This document shows, piece by piece, positions 1 to 12,561 of a stretch of 64,000 nucleotides of DNA. Positions within the stretch are counted from its first letter, which is position 1. Every line of letters begins with the position of its first letter. This DNA comes from Eledone cirrhosa (lineage: Eukaryota), in NCBI GenBank assembly GCA_964016885.1, contig OZ024744.1, positions 96,720,001-96,784,000 of the forward strand, written 5' to 3'. Under the pieces are notes generated by a model that saw only the letters and a program-made list of their open reading frames with translations, did not search any database and was not told where the DNA came from. The translations under genes were made by a program, and so were the position numbers.

Positions 1-900
1 GCCCTAGTGGTAAGGATGTTGGACTTACACTCATAGTCTCATGGATTTGATTCATTCACTGGGTTGTGTGTTGTGTTCTTGAGCAAAACACTTCATTTAA
101 CGTTGCTCCAGTATACTCAGTGGAGGTCTGTAGCTTAGTGGTAAAGGTGTTGGACTTATGATCATAATGTTGTGGGTTTGATTCTTGGACTGGGTTGTGT
201 GTTGTGTTCTTGAGCAAAACACTTCATTTAACGTTGCTCCAGTATACTCAGTGGAGGTCTGTAGCTTAGTGGTAAAGGTGTTGGACTTATGATCATAATG
301 TTGTGGGTTTGATTCTTGGACTGGGTTGTGTGTTGTGTTCTTGAGCAAAACACTTCATTTAACGTTGCTCCAGTATACTCAGTGGAGGTCTGTAGCTTAG
401 TGGTAAAGGTGTTGGACTTATGATCATAATGTTGTGGGTTTGATTCTTGGACTGGGTTGTGTGTTGTGTTCTTGAGCAAAACACTTCATTTAACGTTGCT
501 CCAGTATACTCAGTGGAGGTCTGTAGCTTAGTGGTAAAGGTGTTGGACTTATGATCATAATGTTGTGGGTTTGATTCTTGGACTGGGTTGTGTGTTGTGT
601 TCTTGAGCAAAACACTTCATTTAACGTTGCTCCAGTATACTCAGTGGAGGTCTGTAGCTTAGTGGTAAAGGTGTTGGACTTATGATCATAATGTTGTGGG
701 TTTGATTCTTGGACTGGGTTGTGTGTTGTGTTCTTGAGCAAAACACTTCATTTAACGTTGCTCCAGTATACTCAGTGGAGGTCTGTAGCTTAGTGGTAAA
801 GGTGTTGGACTTATGATCATAATGTTGTGGGTTTGATTCTTGGACTGGGTTGTGTGTTGTGTTCTTGAGCAAAACACTTCATTTCACGTTGCTCCAGCTG
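1..900 (+). repeat. Tandem array of a 131-bp tRNA/CORE-SINE head (about 7 units)
   Basis: ORF track repeats exactly every 131 nt. Unit has A/B-box-like segments (agcttagtggtaa; ggtttgattc) then gtgttcttgagcaaaacacttcattt, resembling the CORE-SINE motif; the last unit runs on into a SINE body. Confidence 0.85.
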
Positions 901-1147
901 AAAATGAGTACCAGCAATGGCTGGGTGTTGAACTCTTCGATGGACTGGCGTCCTGTCCAGGGGGGGGTGGGGAGTCTTGTACTCTCAGTCACTTAGAACC
1001 AAAGAAACTGAGATAAATAGTGGTATCATCATCCTTCCGACTTGAGATGTTTTTATTTTTGTGGCATATTTCGTTGCTGTTATTTGTTTTTACGTTTTGC
1101 ATTCTTTGTTTTAAGTGTGCTACTTAAATATATATATATATATATAT

Positions 1148-1219
1148 GATGTGTTGGTGTAAATGGTAGCACAGTGGTCCGGATAACCAAAGATGTGGGT
1201 TCGACTCCCATGTACGTCA
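1148..1219 (+). pseudogene. tRNA-like cloverleaf, probably a SINE head or tRNA pseudogene
   Basis: GATGTGT/GTACGTC acceptor with several G-U pairs, D arm, TGGT/ACCA anticodon arm, GTGGG-TTCGACT-CCCAT T arm; the downstream body recurs near 36835-36990. Confidence 0.6.
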
Positions 1220-1364
1220 ATACTCATCTTTTTCCATTTCTCCGAGGGTTCTTAACCCTACTATCAGGCTAAATAATTTCTTTAATTTCTTTAGTCACAA
1301 TACGGCGATAGCTTACATTTCTAATAATTTCAAACCCACTCGCTGTTTCGAAAATATTCTTACT

Positions 1365-1395
<31 letters not shown>

Positions 1396-1593
1396 CGCTA
1401 TTCCGGGTTGAATCGGAGGAAACCACAGTAAGTAAGGTACTCAATACATTGCAGAGTATAAAAGTTTTAATATAGATGAGATTCTACAGGACTAGAACTG
1501 TATCATTCTTTAGAAATCATCAGGAATGAGATTCCTGATGATTTCTAAAGAATGAAACAGTTCTACTCCTGTAGAATCTCATCTATATTAAAC
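1396..1593. mobile_element. Penelope-like terminus with fold-back inversion and degenerate hammerhead core
   Basis: About 62-bp inverted arms 1466-1527/1531-1592; CTGATGA 1535-1541, GAAAC 1554-1558; flanked by (TA)n. Confidence 0.65.
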
Positions 1594-2074
1594 AAAAAAA
1601 AAATATATATATATAATAAAGAGTTGACGGACCCAGCATATTATCAATGCCAGGATCGTTTGTATCTCAGCGTACTCAATAGGCAATGTAAGATACATTC
1701 CCAGAGTATACACATAGTTATTTGCTTCAACACAACACACGTAAAACAGGTGCCTATATATCTATTTATATATATATATATATATATTTCAAGTATGAAC
1801 ACGTACACACATACATATATATACACACACACATACACACACACACATATATATATATATACACACACACACACATATATATATATACACACACCCATAT
1901 ACATATACACATATGTACGTATGGCTTATATCGAACAGAAACATGTTGATTGTGCCAGTGTTGATCAAACAGGTTACGATCGGTCATCGGCACGACACAG
2001 TTTCACATCTAGCCGTTTGTTTACAAACAAATCGAACATTATCATTAATGTTCGATATAACCCATACGTTCATA

Positions 2075-2128
<54 letters not shown>

Positions 2129-2136
2129 CACACACG

Positions 2137-2202
<66 letters not shown>

Positions 2203-2337
2203 TAGAAGGGATATTTAATTTGTTGGAAATCCAAAAAGTATAAATGTTTATAACTGATTCAGAGCACTCGACAAGTTTTCTGGAGTAAGTATTCAATGAC
2301 ATTAAATAAATGGAAACTATATTTATAAAACCATATT

Positions 2338-2402
2338 TATTCTATTATATATATTTCAAGGGTACCAATTTAAACTTTGGTACGCTTTCATCAGATAAAA
2401 TA
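2338..2402 (-). ncRNA. Minimal type-I hammerhead ribozyme (Penelope-like element type)
   Basis: Minus strand: stem I UAUUUUAU/AUAGAAUA, CUGAUGA, stem II AAGcGUACCAA/UUGGUACcCUU, GAAA-U-AUAU-A-UA; AAUAAA at the 3' edge. Confidence 0.85.
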
Positions 2403-3099
2403 CAAAGTTTGTTTTATAAATAGAGACATACCCAGGAAAATCATAACTGATCAGTTAAATATTCCCTGGATAGTGAGAGTATAGAATGGATTTTTCAAAC
2501 TTATGGGTGAATATGCAAATGTATATGTAAATAATTGAAAAACCGTTAATTTAACCAGTGTGGAGCGTTTAGATATATAATAGTGAGAGAAGAATGAAAA
2601 AAGAAAAGGAAAGATAAAGGATAAATGAAGACCTCATGTAATGTTAATTTGGGGGAAATATATTTTAGATTTTACGAGGATCTTCTCAGTTTTTGCACGA
2701 TAAATATATATATAATACAAATAGTGAAAATAATGAAATTAAACAAAATACGGGTAATTCATAGTAAAACTCATTATTTTACGATCGTTTCAGGGCGGTA
2801 GTTCTCCGTATGTTCATTCTATTATTGATCTATGTAAAATATATTACAATTTATCAAAGTAAGAAAATATACATACGTCTTCCCTACCCGCCGTCTAACC
2901 AAACATTACCTTAAGATTTGAGTGAATTTCTCTTCACATTTTATCCAGGTATAATGCCACATTTTCATTAATATTTGTTTAGTATGGCTGTAAAATGTAC
3001 ACACGTGTCTATTTATGCCTCTTCTCTTTCATTTGCCAGACTTCTTCGGCTGAAATGTTCAGCTCTTTATATATATTATCATTATTTTTGTCGAGTGGA

Positions 3100-3210
3100 T
3101 AGGCAATATCGGTAGCGGGTCGGACGCCATGCTTTCCAGCATAGTTACGTCCCTTTACAGTCTGAGTTCAAATCCCGCCGAGGTTAACTTTGCCTTTCAG
3201 CCTTACGGAA
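3100..3210 (+). mobile_element. tRNA-derived SINE (dominant family), partial
   Basis: ggcaatatcggtag...gagttcaaatcccgccgaggttaactttgcctttca, shared with many copies in the window. Confidence 0.8.
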
Positions 3211-3305
3211 GATGTTCCCCTTTTCACTAATCTTTGATATTATATTGGCATCTGCTGGGCAGCTAATTTCCACCACTGTGCATGCCTTCTTTTCCCTGTC
3301 TGGTC
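3205..3305 (-). mobile_element. RLE-type non-LTR retrotransposon endonuclease fragment
   Basis: Translation DREKKACTVVEISCPADANIISKISEK resembles the PD-(D/E)xK region of the Dong copies. Confidence 0.6.
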
Positions 3306-3335
3306 TGTCTGTCTGTCTGTATGTATGTATGTATG

Positions 3336-3830
3336 TAAGGTTTCTTGGTGAGGAGGGTGACTTTGGACATCCTGCAGGACTAAAAACAAAACCTCTCAAA
3401 GGGCAAAGGAGCTCTTAAGAGTCAATGGCCATGCAAAATCACCGGGAGAGATGACCCCTAGCCTTTGTCAAGGCAGAATTCTAGGAGAAGGAAAACTCTA
3501 ATATAACACCTGCAACCCTGATGGTATCCAATGATGTTGACTTGTTCTTCTTTTTGGTAAATATCATCTTGGTTAAGAGAGTGGGACTGGCTTTGTGCAG
3601 TGCCTTTGCTCACTATAAAAGCTTCACGGCACAGGCATTGCTTTATATCTGGAGATCTCTCTGTACTTGTTGTCACATGGTAACATGGGCCCAGCACTAT
3701 GTGTCAATAATTGTCGCAAGTGTAGTGTTTGTACCAGAGTTTTCAAGTCGCTGGCTGGACTAAAAAGTCACACTCGTTCAACGCATCGATAGGGGTTCTA
3801 CTACATGGATATAAAGTAGTGGCCGAACTC
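3336..3830 (+). mobile_element. Degenerate RTE-like LINE remnant
   Basis: 5' segment homologous to 11690-11790(-); C-terminal zinc-finger-like CSVCTRVFKSLAGLKSHTRS. Confidence 0.5.
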
Positions 3831-3999
3831 GAAAATGAGTTTGCAGCCACCATGTATGTATGTATGTGTCCATGCGTGTTATTACGGTCTGTCTCACCAT
3901 TTAGTGTTTTGTTCACAAAAATTTCAATCTTTACATAAAACCAAAACCTTTAGATTCAGATTGTATATATTCCTCTCCTTAAATACTTGTTGAGGTAGT

Positions 4000-4590
4000 G
4001 ATCCCATCATGGAAGGGATCTCTGTCGGCTACAACGAATGATCCACTTATTTGATCAACGGAACAAGGTGTTCATGAAATTAACGTGTAAGCGGGTGTGT
4101 ATTTCAACATAAATGTGTACCCTTAACACCCTTAATGCAATTCTCAGGGAGATTCAGCATAACCCAGTGTGTGACAAGGCTGGTCCTTTGCATTACAGGT
4201 ACAGTTCATGTTGTATTATAGTGTAAGTGGTTGAGTATTCCACAGACACGTGTATCATTAATGTAATTCTCAGGGAGTATGGCACAGTGTGTGACAAGGC
4301 TGACCCATTGAATTACAGGTACAGTTCATGTTGTATTATAGTGTAAGTACTTGAGTATTCCACAGACACGTGTATCAGGGAGATTCAACATGACATTTGC
4401 GTCACAATACCGGCTTTTTGAATTAACAGGTAAAGTCCATCCGGGAACTTCGAAACAGTTTTCGTCTACACAACTTCATTCACAAGATACGGGCCGACCA
4501 GAGTAAAATAAATGACATATACCTACGATGTCTCGTAATGAAATTCAACTCGAAATCTATTGGTTGGGAAGTGAACCTCTTAACCATTTA
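4000..4590 (-). mobile_element. SINE fragments with internal tandem duplication (~120 bp)
   Basis: Reverse-complement similarity to 5860-6040; repeated gtgtgacaaggctg...ttacaggtacagttcatgttgtattatagtgtaag. Confidence 0.65.
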
Positions 4591-4951
4591 GTCATGTCAT
4601 GTCCAATTTCACTGCATATTCCAATTATAATCAAACTTGGAACGAAGGAGACTCATTTATTTTGCCAAGGTGATGTCGTTCATTTACTGTTCTTTTATTA
4701 TTTTTTTTTTTTGTATTAAATCTTAACAAGACAATGGTGTTTTTTTTTTAAATTTCCGATAAATCTTATTCGCAATTAAATGTAGATGTTTCTAAATATT
4801 AATAAGTATCGCTGTCAATCGAAATATTACTCTGTATTATGAAAAATGAACATATAAACCTAGAGACCAGCTACCAAAACAAAAACAAAAAATGGTTTAG
4901 TCAGTTTGATGCATGAAATATATTGAATAGAAACATTGATTATAATGAAAA

Positions 4952-5135
4952 ATAATTGTTTCTACTATTGGCACAAGACTAGCAATAACCCCAGTGCATG
5001 ACTGGTACTTTATTTTATCGACCCCGTAAGGATGAAAGGCAAAGTTAACCTCGGCGGGATTTGAACTCAGACCGTAAAGGGTCATAACTCTATATCAGAA
5101 AGCATGGTGTCTGATGTTCTACCGATACTGCCAAT
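4952..5135 (-). mobile_element. tRNA-derived SINE (dominant family, Nin-domain-like)
   Basis: ctggtactttattttatcgaccccgtaaggatgaaaggcaaagttaacctcggcgggatttgaactcag. Confidence 0.85.
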
Positions 5136-5390
5136 GATAGTAATAATGTTCAAATCTGTGATAGATATAACATTTTTTTCAATGCTCACTTCTCACAATG
5201 TTCGGTTTCTCGGAAAATGGTAATAATTTCAAAAGGAAATAAGTCATCTATTCGACAATGGTTGTCATGACATATGTGATAAAATAATTATTTTCTTTGT
5301 ATAACTAAATGTTTGTAGCTGAAAACCAAAGAAATCGTTATGTAACTATGTTACGTGAAATAAAGAAGAAAACGTTGGTAAAAAACTTAC

Positions 5391-5621
5391 TATTTTTCTT
5401 ATACAGTAGTATTTCAACCTGTTCCTGCTGTAGTTTTTCAAATGATACACGAACCTTCTCGAGTATATTTTTGTCTGTGAGCTCTCCATACATGAAGCTG
5501 CAAGTACTACTCTTTTGCATAACCTCTGCTCGGTTGTAACCAGAAAGTTTACAAAACCCATCGTTGCAATAGACAATTGGGTAATCAACAATTCGTGCAT
5601 TGGCGAGTAAGAAGCAGCTAT
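5391..5621 (-). CDS. eag: Internal exon of ether-a-go-go voltage-gated K+ channel (KCNH1/5, Kv10), PAS domain
   Basis: Acceptor ccttatcttttacag and donor gtaagt; 231 nt, phase 1-1; encodes (D)[76 protein letters not shown], which I recognise as the eag/KCNH1 N-terminal PAS domain. Confidence 0.96.
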
Positions 5622-5731
5622 CTGTAAAAGATAAGGATTATTGTTATAATTAATATAGTTTTTATATCAAACATAGAGTATATTTTATTTACAAATATGT
5701 TAATAAAAACACACTATAATCTATGTGTAAA

Positions 5732-6041
5732 GGCGCGTGGTGAGGGTATTCGGCTTACAATCGTAAGGTCGTGAGCTCGATTCCCGGCAGTGCTTTGTGT
5801 CCTTGAACAAGACACTTTATTTCATGTTGCTCCAATCCACCCAGCTGGCAAAAATGAGTTGCACCTGTAGTTCGAGTGTCCAGCCTTGTCACATTCTGTG
5901 CCACCCCTGAATCTCCCTAAGAACTAAGTTAAGGATACGCGTGTTTGTGGAATCCTTAGCCACTTGCACATTAATTTCATGAGCAGGCTGCTTGTTGATC
6001 GGATCAACTGGAATACTCATCGTCGTAATTGACGGAGTGCC
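5732..6041 (+). mobile_element. tRNA-derived CORE-type SINE, near full length
   Basis: tRNA-like head, tgtgtccttgaacaagacactttatttc core, tail ending gacggagtgcc. Confidence 0.8.
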
Positions 6042-6419
6042 TTAGTCAGTAGTCAATCAATGTAGATATTGATAAGCTGTGGCGACAGAAATGGGAAGAT
6101 AAGACACAACCGATACACATACAAAAGGAAACAATAATGCTAAAGACAATATACATATAAAAAGAATAAAAAGATTCTATAAATGCTAGGTCTTACAATC
6201 ACTGGTGATCGATATTGGTGATCTCACAACCATTACCTTGACAAACCCTCATCGCAAAGACTAACTTTCTACTTCAGAACAAAGAAAAACCAACTTTTTA
6301 ATGTGACCAGCAATAAAATATCTCTCCTACATCCTGTCCAGTGCTTGCTGTTACACAGACTAAAGGAAACAATTCATCTGGCTGATCCCAAAGAAAGCTA
6401 TTCACTGTTTGTCGTGGAG

Positions 6420-6709
6420 CAGGCATGGCAACCTTTTTTGGAGAAGCGGGCCGCATGAGATATGGCTCATCATCAGGTGGGCCGCAAGCGCTAATTTACA
6501 TTCGTGCCCAGATTTAAAAAAGGGCGGTAACTCAGGTTGTTTTGATTTGTTTCTTCAGAATTCATACATGTTGTTTTCTTCGATCGTAAAAATGATAGAA
6601 AGATAAATTACGACTGAAAAGTTTGGGTAAAAAAATCAGAAAGATTTCACTTAAGTGACTTAGGCGAGCCATTCAGAAAACTTCACGGGCCACAGGTTGT
6701 CCATGATTG
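6420..6709. mobile_element. hAT-like MITE
   Basis: TIRs caggcatggcaacc / ggttgtccatgattg; 8-bp TSD tcgtggag/tcatggag; second copy at 25197. Confidence 0.85.
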
Positions 6710-8004
6710 TCATGGAGTAACTAATATATTTCGACCTCTATTTCACCCTCCGTCTCCTCACTTTGTTTCTTCTACCATCTCGCCTCATCGGTGCTACGTG
6801 GCTTATTACCATCTCCGCCAATCTCAACCGAAGCATTAGTCTCTCCTCTTGTCTGTCAATCCTATGGTTACTCCTATCGCAATCCTTCAGATCTCATACT
6901 CTTTTAAAATAAAAACCTAAACGTGAATCGGTTAAATTTAGCTTTGAAAAAAGCAACTGGTGATATAAAATATTAGTTTAGGGAAGGAATTAGACAAGAA
7001 GCTTCTACAAAACATTTCGTGACCGACATGCTAGCGTTGGTACAATCTATACAAACACTAAACGTAGCCTTGTGAAACATGTTTTAAGTCTGTGAAATAC
7101 ATAGGTTTATAATCCTTCTATACTTTTACTGTGTAAATTTCAAGCTTGAATCCATACTGTTAAAGTTGGATATATTGACGATCATCCCATTCAAATTGAG
7201 ACACACAGGCAAAATGTGAAGAAAATGAGTTAGTAATACAAGGAGAAAGAAATGAGTTGGAAAAATCAGTAATTTGAATTACAGGGACAGCCCACCCGAG
7301 GGCTTTCAAACAGTTAGAATGTGGGGAGTTTAGAAAATGTGGAAAAGCAAGTCAAACAAATCATTATTTATTATTGTATCAAGGGTCCAGGGAAAATTCT
7401 CTAGATCAAGTGCAAATGTTTACGACCCTCTGCCAGTTGGGCAATGATGTTGGAACAACAAGCTCTGCCTTTTATAAAAGTTTAGAGTAAAGTAACAGCA
7501 ATGAAGTCATAGAAACACTAGACCTAGACGAGGATGCGCTACAGTATTTTCCAGAACATTTTTCCGATGATGAATTATATATAATTGGAGTGGGATGCAG
7601 CTGTTCCGGAATACTATAAATGACAATGTTGTAAGCTAGAAATGTCCAAACATACAGATAAACAAGGAAACAGTTTTTATACACTTGTTCTAAATATTGA
7701 TTGACAATATGGAGGTGACATCTTTCAAGACTATCAGAACGTTGGCTTCTGTTTAAGAACAAGATATAGTAAGGGAGAGAAACTGATATGGTTATGAAAG
7801 TCATTCTCTTATTTGTCCAATGTATTAAATATCAAAAGATGTATCTGAGTGAGCAGAGAGAATGAACTGTCTTTCAATAAATGTTTAGAAAAATATGCAT
7901 AGATAAATGGATAATTTCGTTGAAAGGACAGATACTTCTCCTGAGTGATGAAAGAGAGCAGATGACAGAAGCGGAGAGTGGGCGACAAGACTTTGATTTA
8001 CTTT

Positions 8005-8190
8005 GTGGATTGGCAGTATCGGTAGAGAGTCTGACGCCATGTTTTGCAGCAAAGAGTTGCGGCCCTTTATGGTCTGAGTTCAAATCCCGCCGAAGTTAAC
8101 TTTGCCTTTCATCCTTACGGGATCGATAAAATAAAGTACCACTAATACACTGGCATAATTGCTGGTCTTGTGCCAAAAGTAGAAACAGTT
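8005..8190 (+). mobile_element. tRNA-derived SINE (dominant family)
   Basis: Matches the family consensus seen across the window. Confidence 0.85.
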
Positions 8191-8299
8191 ATTTATGAGT
8201 ATCTGTCGTCATTGACGGTGATCATATTTATTAATTTACTTAATTTATTTATCAATTTATCTATTTATTTATTTATTTATTTATTTTTCTCTATAAAAT

Positions 8300-8512
8300 A
8301 TTGGTTTCTTTTATAGGCACAAGGTCAACAATTTTGTGGGGAGCGGAATATCGATTAAATCGACTCCAATGCGTGACTGGTACTTTATTTTAGCAAACCG
8401 CGTAAGGATAAAAAGCAAAGTTAACCTCGGCAGGATTTGAACTCAGATCGTAAAAGGCCGTAACTCTATGCTGCAACGCATGGCGTCCAACCCTCTACCG
8501 ATACTACCAATT
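8300..8512 (-). mobile_element. tRNA-derived SINE (dominant family)
   Basis: Reverse-complement match; tail-to-tail with the 8005 copy. Confidence 0.85.
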
Positions 8513-8713
8513 CTATAAAATATTGATGGGTTAAGTATGGTTTCAGGTTCCCCCACACTATGCAACATCATGGGAAAGTGTCTCCTTCTAGCGTCTCGTA
8601 TTGTCTAATGATTTGTGAGTGGAATTTAGTTGACCGAGATTGTGACGAAGCTTGTCGTGCACACACACTCACACACACAAATACACACACACACAAACAC
8701 ACATATATATATG

Positions 8714-8751
<38 letters not shown>

Positions 8752-8757
8752 TATATA

Positions 8758-8963
8758 ACGAAGGAAATGTGGTAAGGAACCAGATGGACCATAACGCACC
8801 AGAGTACTCAATACTTAGGGTAGTAGAGTGGGTAATAGGAACCAGTAGGACCCCGACGGCTGAGCTCAAGCCGTTTCGACGGCTAATTCTGGACAGCTGT
8901 CGAGTCCAGAATTAGCCGTCGAAACGGCTTGAGCTCAGCCGTCGGGGTTCTACTCGTTCCTAT
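8758..8963. mobile_element. Penelope-like terminus with 60-bp fold-back and hammerhead 3' half
   Basis: Arms 8835-8894/8904-8963; GAAA-CGGCU-ugagcuc-AGCCG-UC; (TA)n on both sides; second copy at 29241-29362. Confidence 0.7.
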
Positions 8964-9033
8964 ATATATATATAAGATATTAACTTAATAATGAAAATAA
9001 CATTAAAATCAAGTTATTTTACCGATTCATATC

Positions 9034-9720
<687 letters not shown>

Positions 9721-10024
9721 GTGCCAATACACTATCTTGAAGATAGTGTATTGGTATTATTGTATTGTATATTCTTACAGTATATAAGTAGTTGGAAATA
9801 GTAATGGAAACTGTAGCGGGTGGTGTCCCCTGATTCATTGAGGCGATTACATATGAAAATGATCGATGGAAGATCCCTCCATTTAATCCATGCTGATACA
9901 CCTACTACTAATGGATTGTGATGTATTTATTTAGAACCTGTTATATGCAATGATTTCATAGTTAAAGCTTGAGTTATGAACCCTAATATTAGATATTAGA
10001 TATAAATTTGACACCATTATCAGT

Positions 10025-10370
10025 AGTTTAAGATGACATGGTGTTAATAGCAGAGACAATGAACGGATTAAGCGGGAAGATGAATAGGAAGAAGGAATGT
10101 TTGGAGGCAAATGGTATGAAGAGGAATATTAGAGAGACAAAAGAGATGGAAAGTGGTAAACTATTTGGGTGAAGTGGAAAGGACAGGAAGGCGGCCATGT
10201 GCAGTGTAGAGGAAGGGTGTTGGAATGGACTCCATTAACTGTACGGTATACACTGATTAGGTACATTGAAAATGTAGTGGTGTTAAGGGATTTTTAAGTA
10301 ACATGGCGGCTACATTTATGTGTAAAGTGTGTATGGAGGGAGCTAGAAACGGGGAGGATGTTCAGTTGAA
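10025..10370 (+). mobile_element. RTE-like LINE RT fragment with PHD-like Cys finger
   Basis: DDMVLIAETMNGL..., then degenerate C-x2-C..KGVG and FMCKVC. Confidence 0.6.
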
Positions 10371-10400
10371 TCCAGCCAACCAGCCATCCATCCATACATA

Positions 10401-10481
10401 TCTTCTTCTTCTTCTTCTTCTTCTTCTTCTTCTTCTTCTTCTTCTTCTTCTTCTTCTTCTTCTTCTTCTTCTTCTTCTTCT

Positions 10482-10528
<47 letters not shown>

Positions 10529-10960
10529 TTCTTCTTCTTCTTCTTCTTCTTCTTCTTCTTCTTCTTCTTCTTCTTCTTCTTCTTCTTCTTCTTCTTCTTC
10601 TTCTTCTTCTTCTTCTTTCTCTTGCTCTTGCTCAATAATGCCAGGGTAATCTTAAGCATCATCATGTGTAGAGCCGACGATGTCCACCAGCGCCCTCCAT
10701 CACTGGAGGTCCCGTGCCAGCTCCTTTGCATCCTCCAAGGTGTTGTCGATCCTCCGGAGATCTTCCCTGATGACATCCAGCCATCTGGTGTGGGGCCTTC
10801 TGTGGAGGGCCTCTTCCAGCTTGTAGCCACTGCGTCGAACGAGATTAAGGCCCTGGTAGGATGATCTGGTGAAAAGCGGAGGACATATCCGTACCAACGC
10901 ATGTGGTGGGAAGCCGTGCACTGATGTGTGCACGCACGCAACACTTTGTTGGAGACACAT
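10401..10960 (-). mobile_element. RTE-clade LINE 3' end with (GAA)n tail
   Basis: MRWYGYVLR and RRPHTRWLDVIREDL...AKELARD C-terminal motifs; (CTT)n at 10401-10617. Confidence 0.75.
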
Positions 10961-11659
10961 TCCTATATATACAATCGAGGGTTGATTGTATGCATTAAAC
11001 TAACAGAGCATATATATTGATATGTAAATTGTACTTTTCATAAACATACGATTCAGTGTTAAAATCACGAGTGTTTTTTCTTCTTCTAATTCCGTGGACA
11101 GAAATTATGATTAATCTGATTAGCGTTGTTCAACTTTCATCAGAAAACGTATAGTTATTTTCTGTCCACAAAAAACAAAACAAAAGAAAACACAACAAAA
11201 ACACTATATAATTATTCTAAACCACGATTGTCCAGGATTTTTTCAGCTCAAACTAAGCATAAAGCATATTGAAAAAACGACTGTGCGCCATTTTGATTTC
11301 ATTATTTCATTAACGATTTTTCCTTTTCGCATTTCGATACATACATAAATATATATACTTGATGATGGCTGCAAACTCTTCTAAGAACATTGCAATCGTT
11401 TGTCAGATTACAGAAAATGGTGCACTTTTAGGCTACGGCCAGCCACACGAACCTATAACAGATCCTGAACAAGCAATGCCTGTACTTTGAATGTTTTTAA
11501 GTGAGCAAAGGCCTTGCACTCGACCAATCCCACTCTCTGAGCATCAAAAACACTACCCGAAAAGGAGAACTGGTCAACATCATCGAATGCTTCCGAAGCC
11601 ACAGGCTTATTTTCAGAGTTTCCCACTCTTAGAAAGGTGTGACAACAACTGGGGGCCTT

Positions 11660-11850
11660 TCACTCCCAGGTGAAAAGTAAAAGTACAATTTGGATGACTG
11701 TTGACACTGCTGAGTTCCTCCGCCCTTCGCCGGGCCTTCTATTTCATCCCGCAGGGTGTCCAAATATCACCCTCCTCACCAGGCTAGCTTGGTGGGGTTG
11801 CCGGTTTAGTTGCCGACGGCCCGACCATGAGACTGGGTTCACCCAACTTG
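11660..11850 (-). mobile_element. Probable RTE LINE 5' UTR fragment
   Basis: ctggtgaggagggtg...ggacaccctgcggga homologous to 3340-3450. Confidence 0.45.
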
Positions 11851-12253
11851 TAGAAATCTTATAATGAAACGAGTCGTCTGGGAAATGATATATTTGATAT
11901 ATCTCATATGAAATAATACAGCCAATTATCCACACTATACAATATAGTTAGCACCCCAAACGTTTAATTGCGAATATACTCAGGTATTTCCTAATGTTTG
12001 TTGAGTGAGTTAGAATTTGGCCGGAGTATCGCTTTTAGCTTTCTCCGATTATGTATATATATATATATATATACATTATATAATATATATATATATATAC
12101 ATTATATATACAACTGTTATAGAAACACGTGTCAATAAATTCCTTTCAACTAAACTGTATCCATTCAAATCTTTCTATATATATATATATATATATATAT
12201 ATCGAGCCCTCTTTGGATTTTAGTCTTCAAATTTATTATTATTACTATTATTA

Positions 12254-12312
<59 letters not shown>

Positions 12313-12326
12313 GTGTGTGTATATAT

Positions 12327-12490
12327 AAAAGGTAAACTGAAATAACAACACAATCGGTACAGTATATGGAACGGATATATTAAGTTAACGCTTGAAATAG
12401 CAGGAAGAGGGTGATAACGTTTCGGACGCTAGTCCTTCATCAGAAGAAAGAATGAGAAATAAGATAGATTGAGGGGACGGGCGGGTTGAT
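12327..12490 (-). mobile_element. Penelope-like terminus with hammerhead core
   Basis: CUGAUGA-aGGAC-uagc-GUCC-GAAACGUUA at about 12415-12443; second copy 28612-28775; stem I not evident. Confidence 0.6.
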
Positions 12491-12561
12491 ATATATGAAT
12501 ATTGTAATACTTGTATAACAATATATATATATATATATATATTTACATATATATATATATA

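Noticed and set aside
97-872. Five identical 83-aa ORFs; CRISPR-like periodicity
   Set aside because: Tandem SINE-derived units with no variable spacers, in eukaryotic context
1148-1219. Functional tRNA-Ser(GGA)
   Set aside because: Many G-U pairs, atypical anticodon loop, no long variable arm, and attached to a repeated body
11125-11150. Minus-strand CUGAUGA
   Set aside because: No stem II or GAAA partner nearby
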